A DNA stretch of 64,000 nucleotides, taken from assembly GCA_041891055.1 (NCBI GenBank), contig CP169074.1, forward strand, positions 96,001 through 160,000. The letters run 5' to 3'. Within the stretch, counting starts at the first letter, position 1; each line of letters opens with the position of its first letter. Origin of the DNA: Halorutilales archaeon Cl-col2-1 (GTDB taxonomy: Archaea > Halobacteriota > Halobacteria > Halobacteriales > Afararchaeaceae). Below are positions 38,734 to 49,495 of the stretch, piece after piece. The notes beneath the pieces were generated by a model. The model was given only the letters and a program-made list of their open reading frames with translations. It was not told the DNA's origin and made no database searches. Position numbers and translations under genes: made by a program.

Positions 38734-40158
38734 ATGCAAGACAAGTGCGGCGTAGTCGGGGTACAGCTCTCGGATACGGCTTCCGAGAAGTCCGCGGCGT
38801 TACCCGTCTACTACGCGCTCTATGCCTTACAGCACAGGGGACAGGAGGGCGCGGGTATAGTCACGTGTGATGGCTTCCAGCAACACTCGAAGAAGGGTCT
38901 GGGACTCGTCGCCGATGTCTTCGACGAGGATGACATGGGTGACCTCCCCGGAGACTCGGGAATAGGACATATACGTTACCCCACGTCGGGCAAGATCGAC
39001 GAGAAGTCGTGCCATCCCTTTACTGTGACTTCTAAGCAGGGCTCGATAGCCCTCGGACACAACGGTAACCTCGTAAACACCGACTCTATAAGGGACGACC
39101 TTGAGTCACTCGGGCACGCCTTCACGACCGAGTCGGACACTGAGGTCATGGTTCACGACCTCTCACGTAACCTCCTCGACAACGACCTACTCGAAGCCAT
39201 AGAGAGGTCGATGAGGAAGATAGACGGCGCGTACTCGATCACTATGATGCACAACGACACTGTGATCGGGATACGTGACCCTCTCGGGATACGACCTCTC
39301 TGCATAGGGAAGCTCGACGACGGCTACATAATAGCCAGCGAGTCGGTTGCAATAGACGTCTTAGACGGCGAGTTCGTGAGAGACGTACGTCCCGGCGAGG
39401 TAGTCGTCTTGGACGACGACGGCAAGGGATTCGAGTCGTACCAGCTCTTCGAGAAACAGCCCGCACACTGCTTCTTCGAGTACGTCTACTTCGCGCGCCC
39501 CGACTCGGAGATAGACGGCAGGCTCGTCTATGACATGAGACGTAAGCTCGGAAGGCTCCTCTACGAGAGACACGGTGTCGACACCGATATAGTCTCACCC
39601 GTGCCTGACTCGGGACGCGCCTTCGCGACGGGTTACGCCGAGGCGGGTGACATCGAGTACGCCGAGAGCCTGATGAAAAACAGGTACGTCGGACGTACCT
39701 TCATAATGCCGACACAGGACGCACGTGAGACTGCGGTAAGACTCAAGCTCAACACCATAGCCTCGAACATAGAGGGCAAGACGGTCACTCTCATAGACGA
39801 TTCGGTCGTGAGAGGCACGACTTCGAACCAGCTCGTCAAGCTCCTCAAGGACAACGGCGCAGAGGAGGTACATATGCGCATAGGCTCGCCTCCGATCATA
39901 TCGCCGTGTTACCTCGGAATAAACATGGCAAGCCGCGACGAACTAATGGCGAGCGACAAGTCGGTCGCCGAGATACGTGACGAGATAGGAGCCGACAGCC
40001 TCGAATACCTCGACGTCGCCGACATCTCCGAGGCTCTCGACATGCCGAGATCAGAGATGTGTACGGGATGTGTCACCGAGGAGTATCCCATGAACATCGA
40101 GGGCGAGATATGTGGAAGATGTGCGTCGACATCAGACGTCGAGGTCGCCGACGACTGA
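38734..40158 (+). CDS. purF: Amidophosphoribosyltransferase
   Basis: MQDKCGVVG Ntn Cys, LQHRGQE, HNGNL, FEYVYFARPDS and IDDSVVRGTT. Confidence 0.96.
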   Translation: MQDKCGVVGVQLSDTASEKSAALPVYYALYALQHRGQEGAGIVTCDGFQQHSKKGLGLVADVFDEDDMGDLPGDSGIGHIRYPTSGKIDEKSCHPFTVTSKQGSIALGHNGNLVNTDSIRDDLESLGHAFTTESDTEVMVHDLSRNLLDNDLLEAIERSMRKIDGAYSITMMHNDTVIGIRDPLGIRPLCIGKLDDGYIIASESVAIDVLDGEFVRDVRPGEVVVLDDDGKGFESYQLFEKQPAHCFFEYVYFARPDSEIDGRLVYDMRRKLGRLLYERHGVDTDIVSPVPDSGRAFATGYAEAGDIEYAESLMKNRYVGRTFIMPTQDARETAVRLKLNTIASNIEGKTVTLIDDSVVRGTTSNQLVKLLKDNGAEEVHMRIGSPPIISPCYLGINMASRDELMASDKSVAEIRDEIGADSLEYLDVADISEALDMPRSEMCTGCVTEEYPMNIEGEICGRCASTSDVEVADD

Positions 40159-40222
40159 GATTAGAAAACCCGGACAGAATGGAAATTATAAAGTTAGTCC
40201 CCTCTCTACGAAGTAATGTAGA

Positions 40223-40307
<85 letters not shown>

Positions 40308-40400
40308 GTTTTTCTGAGTGAAACGAAGAAAAACGAGTAGGAGCGGTATTCGAACCAAAGAACAAGCGACAGCGAAGTGACTGAGGTTCGAATCCGGTCT
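40308..40400. repeat. tRNA-adjacent hairpin element with a copy of the tRNA T-arm
   Basis: ggttcgaatccggtc occurs at 40286-40300 and again at 40385-40399; its complement attcgaacc is at 40348-40356. Confidence 0.65.
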
Positions 40401-40423
40401 ATTATTTCCGAACTAGTCGAGAA

Positions 40424-40735
40424 TCAGACGTGCCGCACGAGTATATCCAGCACCGACTCCCTGTTGGCGTCGACTGCGACCGTCTTCTTGCTACCAGTCT
40501 TACCCCTCGTAACAGTTCCTCTCACGCCTAAGAGAAGCTCCAACTCGTCGAGTAGCTCCTCGTTCGCTCTTCCGTCCTTTGCGGGCTCCGAGAGACGCGC
40601 CTCGAACCTGCCGCGCCACTCGTTGAATTCGTCGGGGACTCTCGTCTCGGAGGCGTTCGGGGTGACGTCGAACTCGATCAGTGTCATCCCCTCGCTGGAG
40701 ACCTCAACGGCGTCCTCGGGTGAGTGCGTAGCCAT
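40424..40735 (-). CDS. DUF167 (UPF0235/YggU) family protein
   Basis: VTPNA, EPAKDGRANEEL and GKTGSKK. Confidence 0.85.
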   Translation of the reverse strand: MATHSPEDAVEVSSEGMTLIEFDVTPNASETRVPDEFNEWRGRFEARLSEPAKDGRANEELLDELELLLGVRGTVTRGKTGSKKTVAVDANRESVLDILVRHV

Positions 40736-40835
40736 AGGGTGACTTGATCCGGCTTCTACTTGTACCTGTTTCCTGACTCGTCGTGCGACGCCAGAACGAA
40801 AGGATTTTTGCCCGAACGAGGACAAGACTCCCTCG

Positions 40836-42302
40836 ATGGTTGAGTTAGATCCGTGGGGCTCCGCTACGGTCGAAAGCTACTCGAAACTCTTCGAGGAGTT
40901 CGGTATAGACGAGTTCGATTCCTCGGAGGTTCCCGAGCCGATGGACCTCATGAGGCGCGGCATAATATTCGGACAGCGTGACTACGACTTCATAACCGAC
41001 GCCATGAAGTCGGAGTCGGACGGCGACTACGCCGCGCTCTCGGGCTTCATGCCCTCGGGGAACGTCCATATAGGCAACATGATGGTGATGCGCGAGCTCA
41101 TCTGGCACCAGAGACAGGGTGCCGATACCTACTTCCTGATCGCCGACCTCGAAGCCCACTCGGCGCGCGGAAAGTCATGGGAGGAGTGCCGCGAGATATC
41201 GCGCGACTACATACTCTCGATGATAGCCCTCGGATTCGAGCCCGACAACGGGACTATCTACCGACAGAGTGAGAACAGGGAGCTACAGGATCTCGCCTTC
41301 GAACTCGGCGAACAGACCAACTTCAACGAGCTCCGTGGAATCTACGGGTTCGACGGCGACACCAACATAGCACACATGGAGAGTGTCCTGACACAGGCGG
41401 CTGACATACTCTATCCTCAGATCGACGAGCCTAAGCCGACTGTCATACCCGTCGGCGCGGATCAGGACCCACATCTGCGTCTCACACGGAGCCTCGCAAA
41501 ACGCATGCGTATGTTCGGCGTCACTGAGGCTTATGCGAGCTTCGAGATCGACGAAGACGCGAAAGCCGTAGTCTCGGAAGCACTCGAAGAACTCGGAGGT
41601 GAGGCAACTGCGGAGGAACTTGCCGAAGATCTCCGCGGAGAAGGCGAAGGCGACCTCGATGACGACCTTCTCAAGACTCTCGACTCGGGAGGCGACGAGA
41701 AACTCCGTCCACGTACACGTATACTCTCGCGCGACGCTCCTGACGACGCCTTCGACGACCTCGTCGAAGCTATCAGGTCGGAGTACGAAGACGTCGAGGT
41801 GTACGACGAACACATAGATGTCTTCGGACTCGACGACGCCGCCGAGGACGGTATCAGAGAGACAGTACGTCAGACCGAGGTCGACCACGGAGGCTACGGA
41901 TTCTACGCGCCGTCGTCGATCTACCACAGGTTCATGACAGGTCTCACGGGAGGAAAGATGTCGTCGAGCATACCTGAGAGCCATATCGCACTCACCGACG
42001 ACCCCGAGGAGGGTGCCGACAAGGTCATGAGTTCGAAGACGGGAGGTAGGGAGACCGCCGAAGAACAGAGGGAGAAAGGCGGAGAGGCAGACGACTGCCC
42101 CGTCTACGAACTCTACGCCTACATGCTCGCCGAGGACGACGAACACGCCAAGACAGTCTACGATGAGTGTGTCAACGGCGAACGTCTGTGTGGTGGATGT
42201 AAGTCGGAAGCCGCCGATCTAATGGAGGAGTTCTTGGAGGAACACCACGAGAAACGCGAGGAGGCGAAGGAGAAGGTCGACGAGTTCGGAGTCGAGCTTT
42301 AG
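40836..42302 (+). CDS. trpS: Tryptophan--tRNA ligase with a large internal insertion
   Basis: LDPW, GFMPSGNVHIGN, PVGADQDPH, GGKMSSS, TGGR and CGGCK. Confidence 0.95.
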   Translation: MVELDPWGSATVESYSKLFEEFGIDEFDSSEVPEPMDLMRRGIIFGQRDYDFITDAMKSESDGDYAALSGFMPSGNVHIGNMMVMRELIWHQRQGADTYFLIADLEAHSARGKSWEECREISRDYILSMIALGFEPDNGTIYRQSENRELQDLAFELGEQTNFNELRGIYGFDGDTNIAHMESVLTQAADILYPQIDEPKPTVIPVGADQDPHLRLTRSLAKRMRMFGVTEAYASFEIDEDAKAVVSEALEELGGEATAEELAEDLRGEGEGDLDDDLLKTLDSGGDEKLRPRTRILSRDAPDDAFDDLVEAIRSEYEDVEVYDEHIDVFGLDDAAEDGIRETVRQTEVDHGGYGFYAPSSIYHRFMTGLTGGKMSSSIPESHIALTDDPEEGADKVMSSKTGGRETAEEQREKGGEADDCPVYELYAYMLAEDDEHAKTVYDECVNGERLCGGCKSEAADLMEEFLEEHHEKREEAKEKVDEFGVEL

Positions 42303-42346
42303 GGAGTTGCGTTATACTTATAATATAGTAAGTGGGTTTTTTGGAC

Positions 42347-42901
42347 ATGGCAGACACAGACACAACAGTCACGATAATAGGAGACGGCCCAGCGGGTCTG
42401 AGTGCCGCGCTCATACTCGCGAAGGACGGTCAGGACGTCGAAGTCTTCGGAGACGACGAGTCTCGGATGCACGACGCCTACCTCTACAACTACCCCGGTA
42501 TAGACGAGATACACGGCTCCGACTTCATGGAGGTTCTCAGGGATCAGTGTGAGGACTTCGACACGAGCATCAACCACGAGAGAGTCGACGACATAGACGT
42601 CGATGATGACGGCTTCACGGTTACTACGGAGTCGGGTGACGAGTACAACTCGGAGTACACCGTCTTAGCCACGGGACTTGACAAGGATCTTGCGGAGGAG
42701 ATCGGCTTAGAGTTCGACGGTGACTCCGTCGAAGCCGACAAGTTCGGAAGAACTTCTGTCGACGACCTATACGCCGCGGGATGGGTCATGAGAGGACACA
42801 AGATAGAAGCGGCTATCTCGGCAGGAGACGGACAGGCTGTCGCACTCGACATACTCTCCGACATCAAGGGAGAGCCCTACCACGACTTCGACGTTCCTTG
42901 A
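42347..42901 (+). CDS. Short thioredoxin-reductase-like FAD-binding protein
   Basis: IIGDGPAGLSAA, LATG, TSVDDLYAAG and AISAGDG; no CxxC/NADPH domain. Confidence 0.8.
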   Translation: MADTDTTVTIIGDGPAGLSAALILAKDGQDVEVFGDDESRMHDAYLYNYPGIDEIHGSDFMEVLRDQCEDFDTSINHERVDDIDVDDDGFTVTTESGDEYNSEYTVLATGLDKDLAEEIGLEFDGDSVEADKFGRTSVDDLYAAGWVMRGHKIEAAISAGDGQAVALDILSDIKGEPYHDFDVP

Positions 42902-42956
42902 TAAAGAAGTATCTCGAAGTCAGTGTCGTAGGTACCTCTGAAAAAATTCTCGTTAC

Positions 42957-43193
42957 TCAAGCTGCTTTACGTATGTAGAGCTTGAGAACGTCGCCTTCTT
43001 TTTCGAGTCCTAGGAACTCGTTACCAGTCCTATCTGCCCACGACTGAACGTCGCTCTCGGCTCCCGGATCCGTCGCGAGGACTTCGAGAACCTCGCCGTC
43101 GCCGATGTTATCTATCTCCTTCTTGGTCTGTAAGACCGGCATAGGACAGCTTTCCCCCTTTACGTCTAACGTTTGGTCTACTTCTACTTCCAT
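42957..43193 (-). CDS. tusA: Sulfurtransferase TusA family protein
   Basis: LDVKGESCPMPVL and LEVLATDPGAESDV. Confidence 0.92.
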   Translation of the reverse strand: MEVEVDQTLDVKGESCPMPVLQTKKEIDNIGDGEVLEVLATDPGAESDVQSWADRTGNEFLGLEKEGDVLKLYIRKAA

Positions 43194-43321
43194 TTTTTAC
43201 ACCCCAAATACCGTATCCCACCTTAGAACACAGGTAAACATATATCTTTCCTTGTCTTGTCAATACACCACAATACAGATTATGCCATAAATATTATTTA
43301 GATAGGGTCTCTATCACGAGT

Positions 43322-43576
43322 ATGGGAGTAAAAGTAAAAGACTTCTACGCTGACTGGTGTGGACCGTGTAAGAAACAGGATCCCATAATAGAGGATCTGG
43401 AGGAGAAACACCCCGACGTTGACTTCGAGAAGGTAGACGTCGACGACGATCCCGACACTGCGAGAGAGTACGGAGTACGTTCTGTCCCGACGATAGTAGT
43501 CGAGAAGGACGGAGAGATAGTCGAGAAGTTCATCGGCGTCACGCAGGCTGAGAAGATAGAAGCCGCGATGGACTAG
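43322..43576 (+). CDS. trxA: Thioredoxin
   Basis: DFYADWCGPCK and VRSVPT. Confidence 0.95.
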   Translation: MGVKVKDFYADWCGPCKKQDPIIEDLEEKHPDVDFEKVDVDDDPDTAREYGVRSVPTIVVEKDGEIVEKFIGVTQAEKIEAAMD

Positions 43577-43591
43577 ACTTTTCTGTCCGGA

Positions 43592-44134
43592 TTAGGAGTC
43601 GGCTATCTCCATACCCATTCTCATACCGAACGGTTCGGTGCTGAGTTTCTCGAAGCCGACGTCCCTGTAGAGCGAGATAGCTGCCTCGTTCCATCTCTCG
43701 ACGGTGAGCCAGATCTGATCGACTTCTTTCTCGACTGCGTGTCCAAGGAGGGCGCGTATTAGACGTGAGCCTATGCCTGACCTCTGGTACTCCTGGTCGA
43801 CGAATATAGCGAGACTGTGTCTTCCCTCACCGTCAGGAACGAGTATAGCGTGTCCAACGGCTCTCTCGTCGTTCCAGGCGACGACGCTCACACCGTCCGT
43901 GATAGAGTCGAGCCAGTCACGTATCTCGTCCTCGTCTATGGGGGGTATCCCCTGGGCGCGGTCCTCGGTGTCGAAGTCGCGGTACATCTCGAAGAGTGCT
44001 CTGAACTCGTCTTCTACTTCTGAGACGCCGTACTCGCGCAGATGTATCTCGCGTCCGTGCCTGTCCTCAAAGCTCAGAGGCGGAGACTCGAACTCGTCCA
44101 CCGACTTCTCGGGGTACTGGTCTTCGTCTTTCAT
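43592..44134 (-). CDS. GNAT family N-acetyltransferase
   Basis: FVDQEYQRSGIGSRL and NEAAISLYRDVGF. Confidence 0.9.
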   Translation of the reverse strand: MKDEDQYPEKSVDEFESPPLSFEDRHGREIHLREYGVSEVEDEFRALFEMYRDFDTEDRAQGIPPIDEDEIRDWLDSITDGVSVVAWNDERAVGHAILVPDGEGRHSLAIFVDQEYQRSGIGSRLIRALLGHAVEKEVDQIWLTVERWNEAAISLYRDVGFEKLSTEPFGMRMGMEIADS

Positions 44135-44499
44135 CTCACGAGCTTGACGGATATATTCGAGTTGAGTATCACGAACTCGGCTATGTGCCCTATCCTTATC
44201 TTGCCCATCGGACTCTTCTCACCGCCTCCGAGGACTATCTCGTCGAAACCCTCGCGCTCCGCGATGTCGACTATACGGCTTCCGGCGTGTCCCTCGACAC
44301 GTCTCACCTCGGGGTTGACGTCGTACTCTCCGAGTATCTCACGCACTCTCGATTCGACCTCCTTTACCTCCAAGTCGCTCCGGGAGTTGTCGACCACTAC
44401 GACAGTAAGATCGTCTCCCGTCTCCTCTGTTCTCTCGGCTGTCTCCCTCAGAGCACGGATCGAGTCCTCGCTGCCTCCGATTCCCAGGAGAATCTTCAT
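44131..44499 (-). CDS. Universal stress protein
   Basis: ILLGIGGS and IVLGGGEKSPMGKIRIGHIAEFV; 4-bp overlap with the GNAT gene. Confidence 0.88.
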   Translation of the reverse strand: MKILLGIGGSEDSIRALRETAERTEETGDDLTVVVVDNSRSDLEVKEVESRVREILGEYDVNPEVRRVEGHAGSRIVDIAEREGFDEIVLGGGEKSPMGKIRIGHIAEFVILNSNISVKLVR

Positions 44500-44546
44500 T
44501 GTACTGTAGGTAAGGACGTGCCCGAGGATGAATATATTAACGGATG

Positions 44547-45017
44547 TTACGTATCGTCGACTGTCTCGCGGTTCTGGATCACGAGAAGAAACCCGAGTGC
44601 AGCAAGTATAATACTGTAAGCTACGGCGGCTAGGAGGGCATCTTGTGTGCTCGCGTACTCGGATGTCCTGAATATTATCATCTTACGCACCATCGCTATC
44701 ACTCCGGTGTAAATGATGAGCCTGACTATGACGCGCGTGTCGCTCTCTTCGATGTAGGCTATCACAGTCTGGTATATCTCGGCTATTATGAGGAGGAGAA
44801 GACCCGTGTCTATGAATCCCATTACGACAGACGGCTGTGTTATCCTCCCGTCGACTGTCGCCTCTAATATCTGGAGAGATAGGTCGAAGACGCCTACCGC
44901 GAACAGAAGGGCGAATATGACCCCAGCAGCTACCTCAACGTAATGTACGACCTTCTTCGTTGACGAAGCTATTGACGTGGGCGACAGTCTCGTCTCTCCG
45001 GCGTCGTCATCCGTCAT
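44547..45017 (-). CDS. Phosphate-starvation-inducible PsiE family membrane protein
   Basis: LLLLIIAEIYQTV and GVIAMVRKMII; 4 TM. Confidence 0.85.
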   Translation of the reverse strand: MTDDDAGETRLSPTSIASSTKKVVHYVEVAAGVIFALLFAVGVFDLSLQILEATVDGRITQPSVVMGFIDTGLLLLIIAEIYQTVIAYIEESDTRVIVRLIIYTGVIAMVRKMIIFRTSEYASTQDALLAAVAYSIILAALGFLLVIQNRETVDDT

Positions 45018-45123
45018 GGACGCCTATTGTGGCTCAGGGTTTATAACAGTGTTACTAACTACCGGATACAGCCACTGCCGTGGCTACGCGTCTGTGCTAA
45101 AAATAAAAAATCTGTCTGCTGTC

Positions 45124-45318
45124 TTATGCTCGGACGAGGTTGTCCGCTCTGGGACCCTTGTCGCCCTCAACTATCTCGAATTCGACTTCCTCACCCTCTT
45201 CTAGGTCAGGACCTCCTATGTCCTCCATGTGGAAGAAAACATCGTCGTCTGCTTCGTCCGTTTCGATAAATCCGTAACCCTTCCTGTCATGGAAAAAGGT
45301 TACCTCTCCTTCTGCCAT
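45124..45318 (-). CDS. cspA: Cold-shock protein
   Basis: KGYGFI, DVFFH and GDKGPRA. Confidence 0.95.
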   Translation of the reverse strand: MAEGEVTFFHDRKGYGFIETDEADDDVFFHMEDIGGPDLEEGEEVEFEIVEGDKGPRADNLVRA

Positions 45319-45407
45319 GTTACTACGTAATTACCCTAGAGGGATATACTTACCGGAAAGACATCTCTGCGTCAACTCTTATCATCCTCTACCTCACTTC
45401 CGACAGC

Positions 45408-45520
45408 TTTAAATATACGAGATACGAATTTCGGGTACCATGTCCCATAATGGAGAGGGTAGTAGAAGGGATCTGATCCCTTCGACGCCAGGCGACCACC
45501 AGGGGAATCGTTTTTTGGGA
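45408..45520 (+). promoter_or_regulatory. TATA box and structured leader with uORFs of the leu/ilv operon
   Basis: tttaaata at 45408-45415; ATGs at 45440 and 45450; hairpin gaagggat-ctg-atcccttc at 45465-45483; tccca/tggga long-range pairing. Confidence 0.6.
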
Positions 45521-47069
45521 TCACAGTGTAGACTCCGTTAGTATATTTGATACTACGCTTAGAGACGGCGAACAGTCTCCAGGGACGTCATTCTCGCACG
45601 ACGACAAGATCAAGATAGCCGACACCCTCGACGAGATGGGTGTCGACGTCATAGAGGCGGGCTTCCCGATCAACAGCGACGAGGAGTTCGAGGCTGTACG
45701 TGAGATCACTGAAAGGGTCGACTCCGATGTCTGTGGTCTCGCGAGGGTCAAGAAGCCCGACATAGACGCCGCGATAGATGCCGACGTCGATCTGATACAT
45801 ACGTTCGTCTCGTCGAGCGACGTCCAGATCGAGAACAGCCTCGACTCGTCACGTGAGGAAGTTCTCAACATGACGGCTGAGGCAGTCGAACACATAACTG
45901 ACCACGGCTATGACTGTATGTTCTCGCCGATGGACGCGACACGTACCGACTTCGACTTCCTCGTCGACATAGTACGTACGGCGAGCGAGGCGGGAGCCGA
46001 CATAGTCAACATACCCGACACGGTCGGTGTGATGCGTCCGACTGCGATGAAACGTCTCATATCAGGTCTGAGAGATGAGGTCGATGTGCCCTACGACGTC
46101 CACTGCCACGACGACTTCGGTCTTGCGACCGCGAACTCGATAGCCGGAATAGAGGCAGGCGCAGTCCAGACACAGGTCAGCGTCAACGGAATAGGCGAGC
46201 GCGCCGGAAACGCGGCTCTCGAAGAGGTCGTGATGTCGATAGAGAGCATATTCGGTATCGATACGGGCATCGACACCACGAAGATCTACGAGCTCTCGAA
46301 GCTCGTCGAACGCCTCTCGGGCATACCTCTGCCTCAGAACAAACCCATCGTGGGTAGCAATGCCTTCTCTCACGAGTCGGGAATCCACGCCGCAGGCGTG
46401 ATAGAGGACTCCTCGACATTCGAGCCCGGAATAATGACCCCTGAAATGGTGGGTCACAGACGACGTCTCGTGATGGGTAAGCACACAGGAAAACACAGCG
46501 TCCGTGAGACTCTCCAGGACGCCGGATACGACCCGTCTGAGGATGAGGTCAACGAGATCACGAGACGTATCAAGTCGATGGGTGGCAAAGGAAAACGCAT
46601 CACAGACGCCGATGTCTTCGCAATCGCTGAGAGTGTTATGTCGAACGTTCCCGAGTCGGAGAAACTCATCGACCTAGATGAGGTGAGCGTCGTTACAGGC
46701 AACAAGACCACTCCGATGGCGAGCGTAAAGGCGGACGTCGACGACGAGGTACGTGTCGACGCGAGCGTCGGAGTAGGCCCCGTAGACGCTGCACTCAACG
46801 CCGTCGAGTCGATAATCGAGGTCGAGACTGGAGACGACCACGACATTGAGATAACTGACTTCCATATCGACTCGATAAGCGGCGGAAGCGACGCTGTAGC
46901 CAACGTCTATGTCGGAGTAGCCGACTCGAAGGGACGTGAGGCGAACGCCAACGCGTCGAGCGAGGACATAACTACGGCGAGTGTTGAGGCTGTCGTCGAC
47001 GCCATAAACCATCTCGTCAGGAAGAGGGAGTCAGACGACGAGATAGAGGAAACTGAGGCAACACCATGA
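45477..47069 (+). CDS. leuA: 2-isopropylmalate synthase / citramalate synthase family enzyme (true start unresolved)
   Basis: [14 protein letters not shown] lies at 45543-45584, upstream of the ORF-track start. Also [27 protein letters not shown] and a C-terminal regulatory domain (GVGPVDA). The frame is open from 45477. Confidence 0.88.
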   Translation, partial: SLRRQATTRGIVFWDHSVDSVSIFDTTLRDGEQSPGTSFSHDDKIKIADTLDEMGVDVIEAGFPINSDEEFEAVREITERVDSDVCGLARVKKPDIDAAIDADVDLIHTFVSSSDVQIENSLDSSREEVLNMTAEAVEHITDHGYDCMFSPMDATRTDFDFLVDIVRTASEAGADIVNIPDTVGVMRPTAMKRLISGLRDEVDVPYDVHCHDDFGLATANSIAGIEAGAVQTQVSVNGIGERAGNAALEEVVMSIESIFGIDTGIDTTKIYELSKLVERLSGIPLPQNKPIVGSNAFSHESGIHAAGVIEDSSTFEPGIMTPEMVGHRRRLVMGKHTGKHSVRETLQDAGYDPSEDEVNEITRRIKSMGGKGKRITDADVFAIAESVMSNVPESEKLIDLDEVSVVTGNKTTPMASVKADVDDEVRVDASVGVGPVDAALNAVESIIEVETGDDHDIEITDFHIDSISGGSDAVANVYVGVADSKGREANANASSEDITTASVEAVVDAINHLVRKRESDDEIEETEATP

Positions 47070-48871
47070 GCAAGTCCGAAGAAGAGAAGTCTGAGAAAAA
47101 ATCACAGACACAGACAGACAACGAGGCGCAGGCTGACGAAGCCGAGGCAGGTTCGGAGGAGAGACACGAAAGGAGAGGAGCGCGCGCCCTCGTCGAGGGT
47201 CTAAAAGACGAGGGTGTCGAAACGATGTTCGGTATAACCGGCGGCGCAATAATGCCCGTCTACGACGAACTCTACGATGACGAGGACATAGAGCACGTCA
47301 TGATGGGTCACGAACAGGGCGCAGCCCACGCCGCCGAGGCGTACCACTCGGTCTCGGGACAGCCCGGTGTCTGTCTTGCGACCTCGGGTCCGGGTGCCAC
47401 CAACCTGATCACGGGTATAGCCGACGCGAGTATCGATTCACGTAGTGTCGTCGCTATCACGGGTCAGGTTCCGACCGACCTGATAGGTAACGACGCCTTC
47501 CAGGAGACCGACACACGTGGCATCACGATGCCTATCACTAAGCACAACTACCTCGTCGAGTCGAGCGACGAGGTTCCCGACACTGTCCAGGAGGCTTTCC
47601 ACATAAGCTCGACCGGACGACCGGGTCCTGTCGTGATAGACCTCCCGAAGGACGTCTCTAAGAACAACACCGACGCTGAGAAGCGAGACGTCGAAGTCGA
47701 GGGCTACAACCCGACATACAAGGGACATCCCGAACAGATCAAGAAGGCTGCGGAGGCTATACAGGACGCCGAAAAGCCCGTGATCTTCGCGGGCGGTGGT
47801 GTCATAATGGCAGAAGCGAGCGACGAGATACGTGAGCTAGCGATGGAGAACGACATACCCGTGACGACTAGTCTTCAGGGACTCGGCGCGTTCCCCGAGG
47901 ATCATCCTCTTTCGCTCGGAATGCTCGGAATGCACGGCACCGGCTATGCCAACCGCGCTATCACCGAGTCTGACCTCCTCATAGCCATAGGCACGAGGTT
48001 CGACGACCGTGCGACAGGAAAGATCGAGTCGTTCGCGCCCCGTGCCGAGGTCATACACGTCGACATTGACCCCGCCGAGATATCGAAGAACATCCACGCC
48101 GACATACCCATTGTCGGGGACGCGAAGGAGGTCACACGTAACCTCAATGACTACATAGAAGCCGAGTTCTCGTCACCCGACACAGCCGACTGGCTCGAGA
48201 AGATCGACGACTGGAAGGCGAAGTACCCGATGGAGTACGAAGACGACGAGGACAGTCTCAAGCCACAGTACGTCATTGAGGAGATCGACAGGATGACTCC
48301 CGACGACACAGTCGTCACGACGGGAGTCGGACAGCACCAGATGTGGGCGGCTCAGTGGTACACCTACAAGGAGCCGCGAACGTGGGTTTCGAGCGGCGGA
48401 CTCGGTGCGATGGGTGTGGGACTCCCGATGGCAATAGGAGCCAAGTACGGGGCTCCCGACCAGGAAGTCGTCTGTATAGACGGAGACGGATCGTTCCTGA
48501 TGACGGTACAGGAGCTCTCGACCGCCGTCCGTGAAGAGCTCGACATCACAGTTGCGATACTCAACAACTACTACCTCGGAATGGTGAGACAGTGGCAGGA
48601 GCTGTTCAACGACGAGAGGTACGCCGAGTCGGAGATGGAGAAGCTACCACAGTTCGACAAGATCGCAGAGGCGTTCGGCGCTCACGGGGAGCGCGTCGAG
48701 TCCGAGGACGAGGTTGAGGACGCACTCGAAGCCGCGTTCGAGTACGACGGTCCGAGCGTCATCGACTTCATAATAGATCCGATGGAAAACGTCTTCCCGA
48801 TGGTTCCGGCGGGAAGCGGAAACGACGAGTTTATAATGGGCAAAGGAAGTCCCGGGAGTAGAATATCATGA
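47066..48871 (+). CDS. ilvB: Acetolactate synthase large subunit
   Basis: [25 protein letters not shown] and GDGSF...[12 protein letters not shown]. Confidence 0.96.
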   Translation: MSKSEEEKSEKKSQTQTDNEAQADEAEAGSEERHERRGARALVEGLKDEGVETMFGITGGAIMPVYDELYDDEDIEHVMMGHEQGAAHAAEAYHSVSGQPGVCLATSGPGATNLITGIADASIDSRSVVAITGQVPTDLIGNDAFQETDTRGITMPITKHNYLVESSDEVPDTVQEAFHISSTGRPGPVVIDLPKDVSKNNTDAEKRDVEVEGYNPTYKGHPEQIKKAAEAIQDAEKPVIFAGGGVIMAEASDEIRELAMENDIPVTTSLQGLGAFPEDHPLSLGMLGMHGTGYANRAITESDLLIAIGTRFDDRATGKIESFAPRAEVIHVDIDPAEISKNIHADIPIVGDAKEVTRNLNDYIEAEFSSPDTADWLEKIDDWKAKYPMEYEDDEDSLKPQYVIEEIDRMTPDDTVVTTGVGQHQMWAAQWYTYKEPRTWVSSGGLGAMGVGLPMAIGAKYGAPDQEVVCIDGDGSFLMTVQELSTAVREELDITVAILNNYYLGMVRQWQELFNDERYAESEMEKLPQFDKIAEAFGAHGERVESEDEVEDALEAAFEYDGPSVIDFIIDPMENVFPMVPAGSGNDEFIMGKGSPGSRIS

Positions 48872-49428
48872 GCCAGCCACAGAGAGAACCCAGCGGAGTC
48901 CGTGAAGGAGAGTCCGAGGACGGAGGCGGAGTAAGAGAGCACACTCTAGCAGTCTTAGTCGAGAATAAGCCGGGTGTTCTCTCGCGCGTATCTGGACTCT
49001 TCACACGCAGAGGCTTCAACATAGACTCGCTCGCAGTCGGCGAGACCGAGAACCCCAACTACTCACGTATGACGATAGTCGTGAGAGCGGACGACAAGAC
49101 GATAGAGCAGGTCTCGAAACAGCTCAACCGTCTCATAGAGGTCATAAAGGTCTCGAACCTCACAGAGGACGAGTCGGTCGAGCGCGAACTCGCCATGATA
49201 AAGGTCTCGTCGGACGAGGATGTGCGTAGCGAGATAATGCAGATAACCGACATCTTCCGCGCGACAGTAGTCGACGTCGGACGTGAGTCTCTCGTCGTCG
49301 AGGTCACGGGAGACTCCGATAAGATAGAGGCGATGGTCGACATGCTGCGCCAGTTCGGAATACGTGAGATGGTCAGAACCGGAAAGATCTCTCTCGCGCG
49401 AGGTCCTAAGACAACAAAGGCGGACTGA
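48868..49428 (+). CDS. ilvN: Acetolactate synthase small subunit
   Basis: [28 protein letters not shown] domain; ERELAMIKV. Confidence 0.96.
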   Translation: MSQPQREPSGVREGESEDGGGVREHTLAVLVENKPGVLSRVSGLFTRRGFNIDSLAVGETENPNYSRMTIVVRADDKTIEQVSKQLNRLIEVIKVSNLTEDESVERELAMIKVSSDEDVRSEIMQITDIFRATVVDVGRESLVVEVTGDSDKIEAMVDMLRQFGIREMVRTGKISLARGPKTTKAD

Positions 49429-49495
49429 AACGAGACGAGAGAGTAGGATAGGGAAGACTAATAACCCTCTGTTCATACCATACGGATAGAAAACA

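Noticed and set aside
41500-41900. ~130-aa insertion in TrpRS as an intein or novel element
   Set aside because: It lacks intein terminal residues (C/S...HN), and long inserted TrpRS forms are, to my knowledge, usual in haloarchaea.
43592-44499. USP-GNAT pair as a toxin-antitoxin system
   Set aside because: The partner is a universal stress protein, not an RHH antitoxin, and the pairing is common in haloarchaea.
45440-45520. Possible bulge-helix-bulge mRNA intron or selenocysteine UGA in the leuA leader
   Set aside because: I could not form a 3-4-3 BHB. The UGA is not at a catalytic position, and there is no sign of Sec machinery or a SECIS in the window.
45636-47069. ORF-track start of leuA at ATG 45636
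   Set aside because: It would omit the essential DTTLRDGEQ motif, so it cannot be the functional start.
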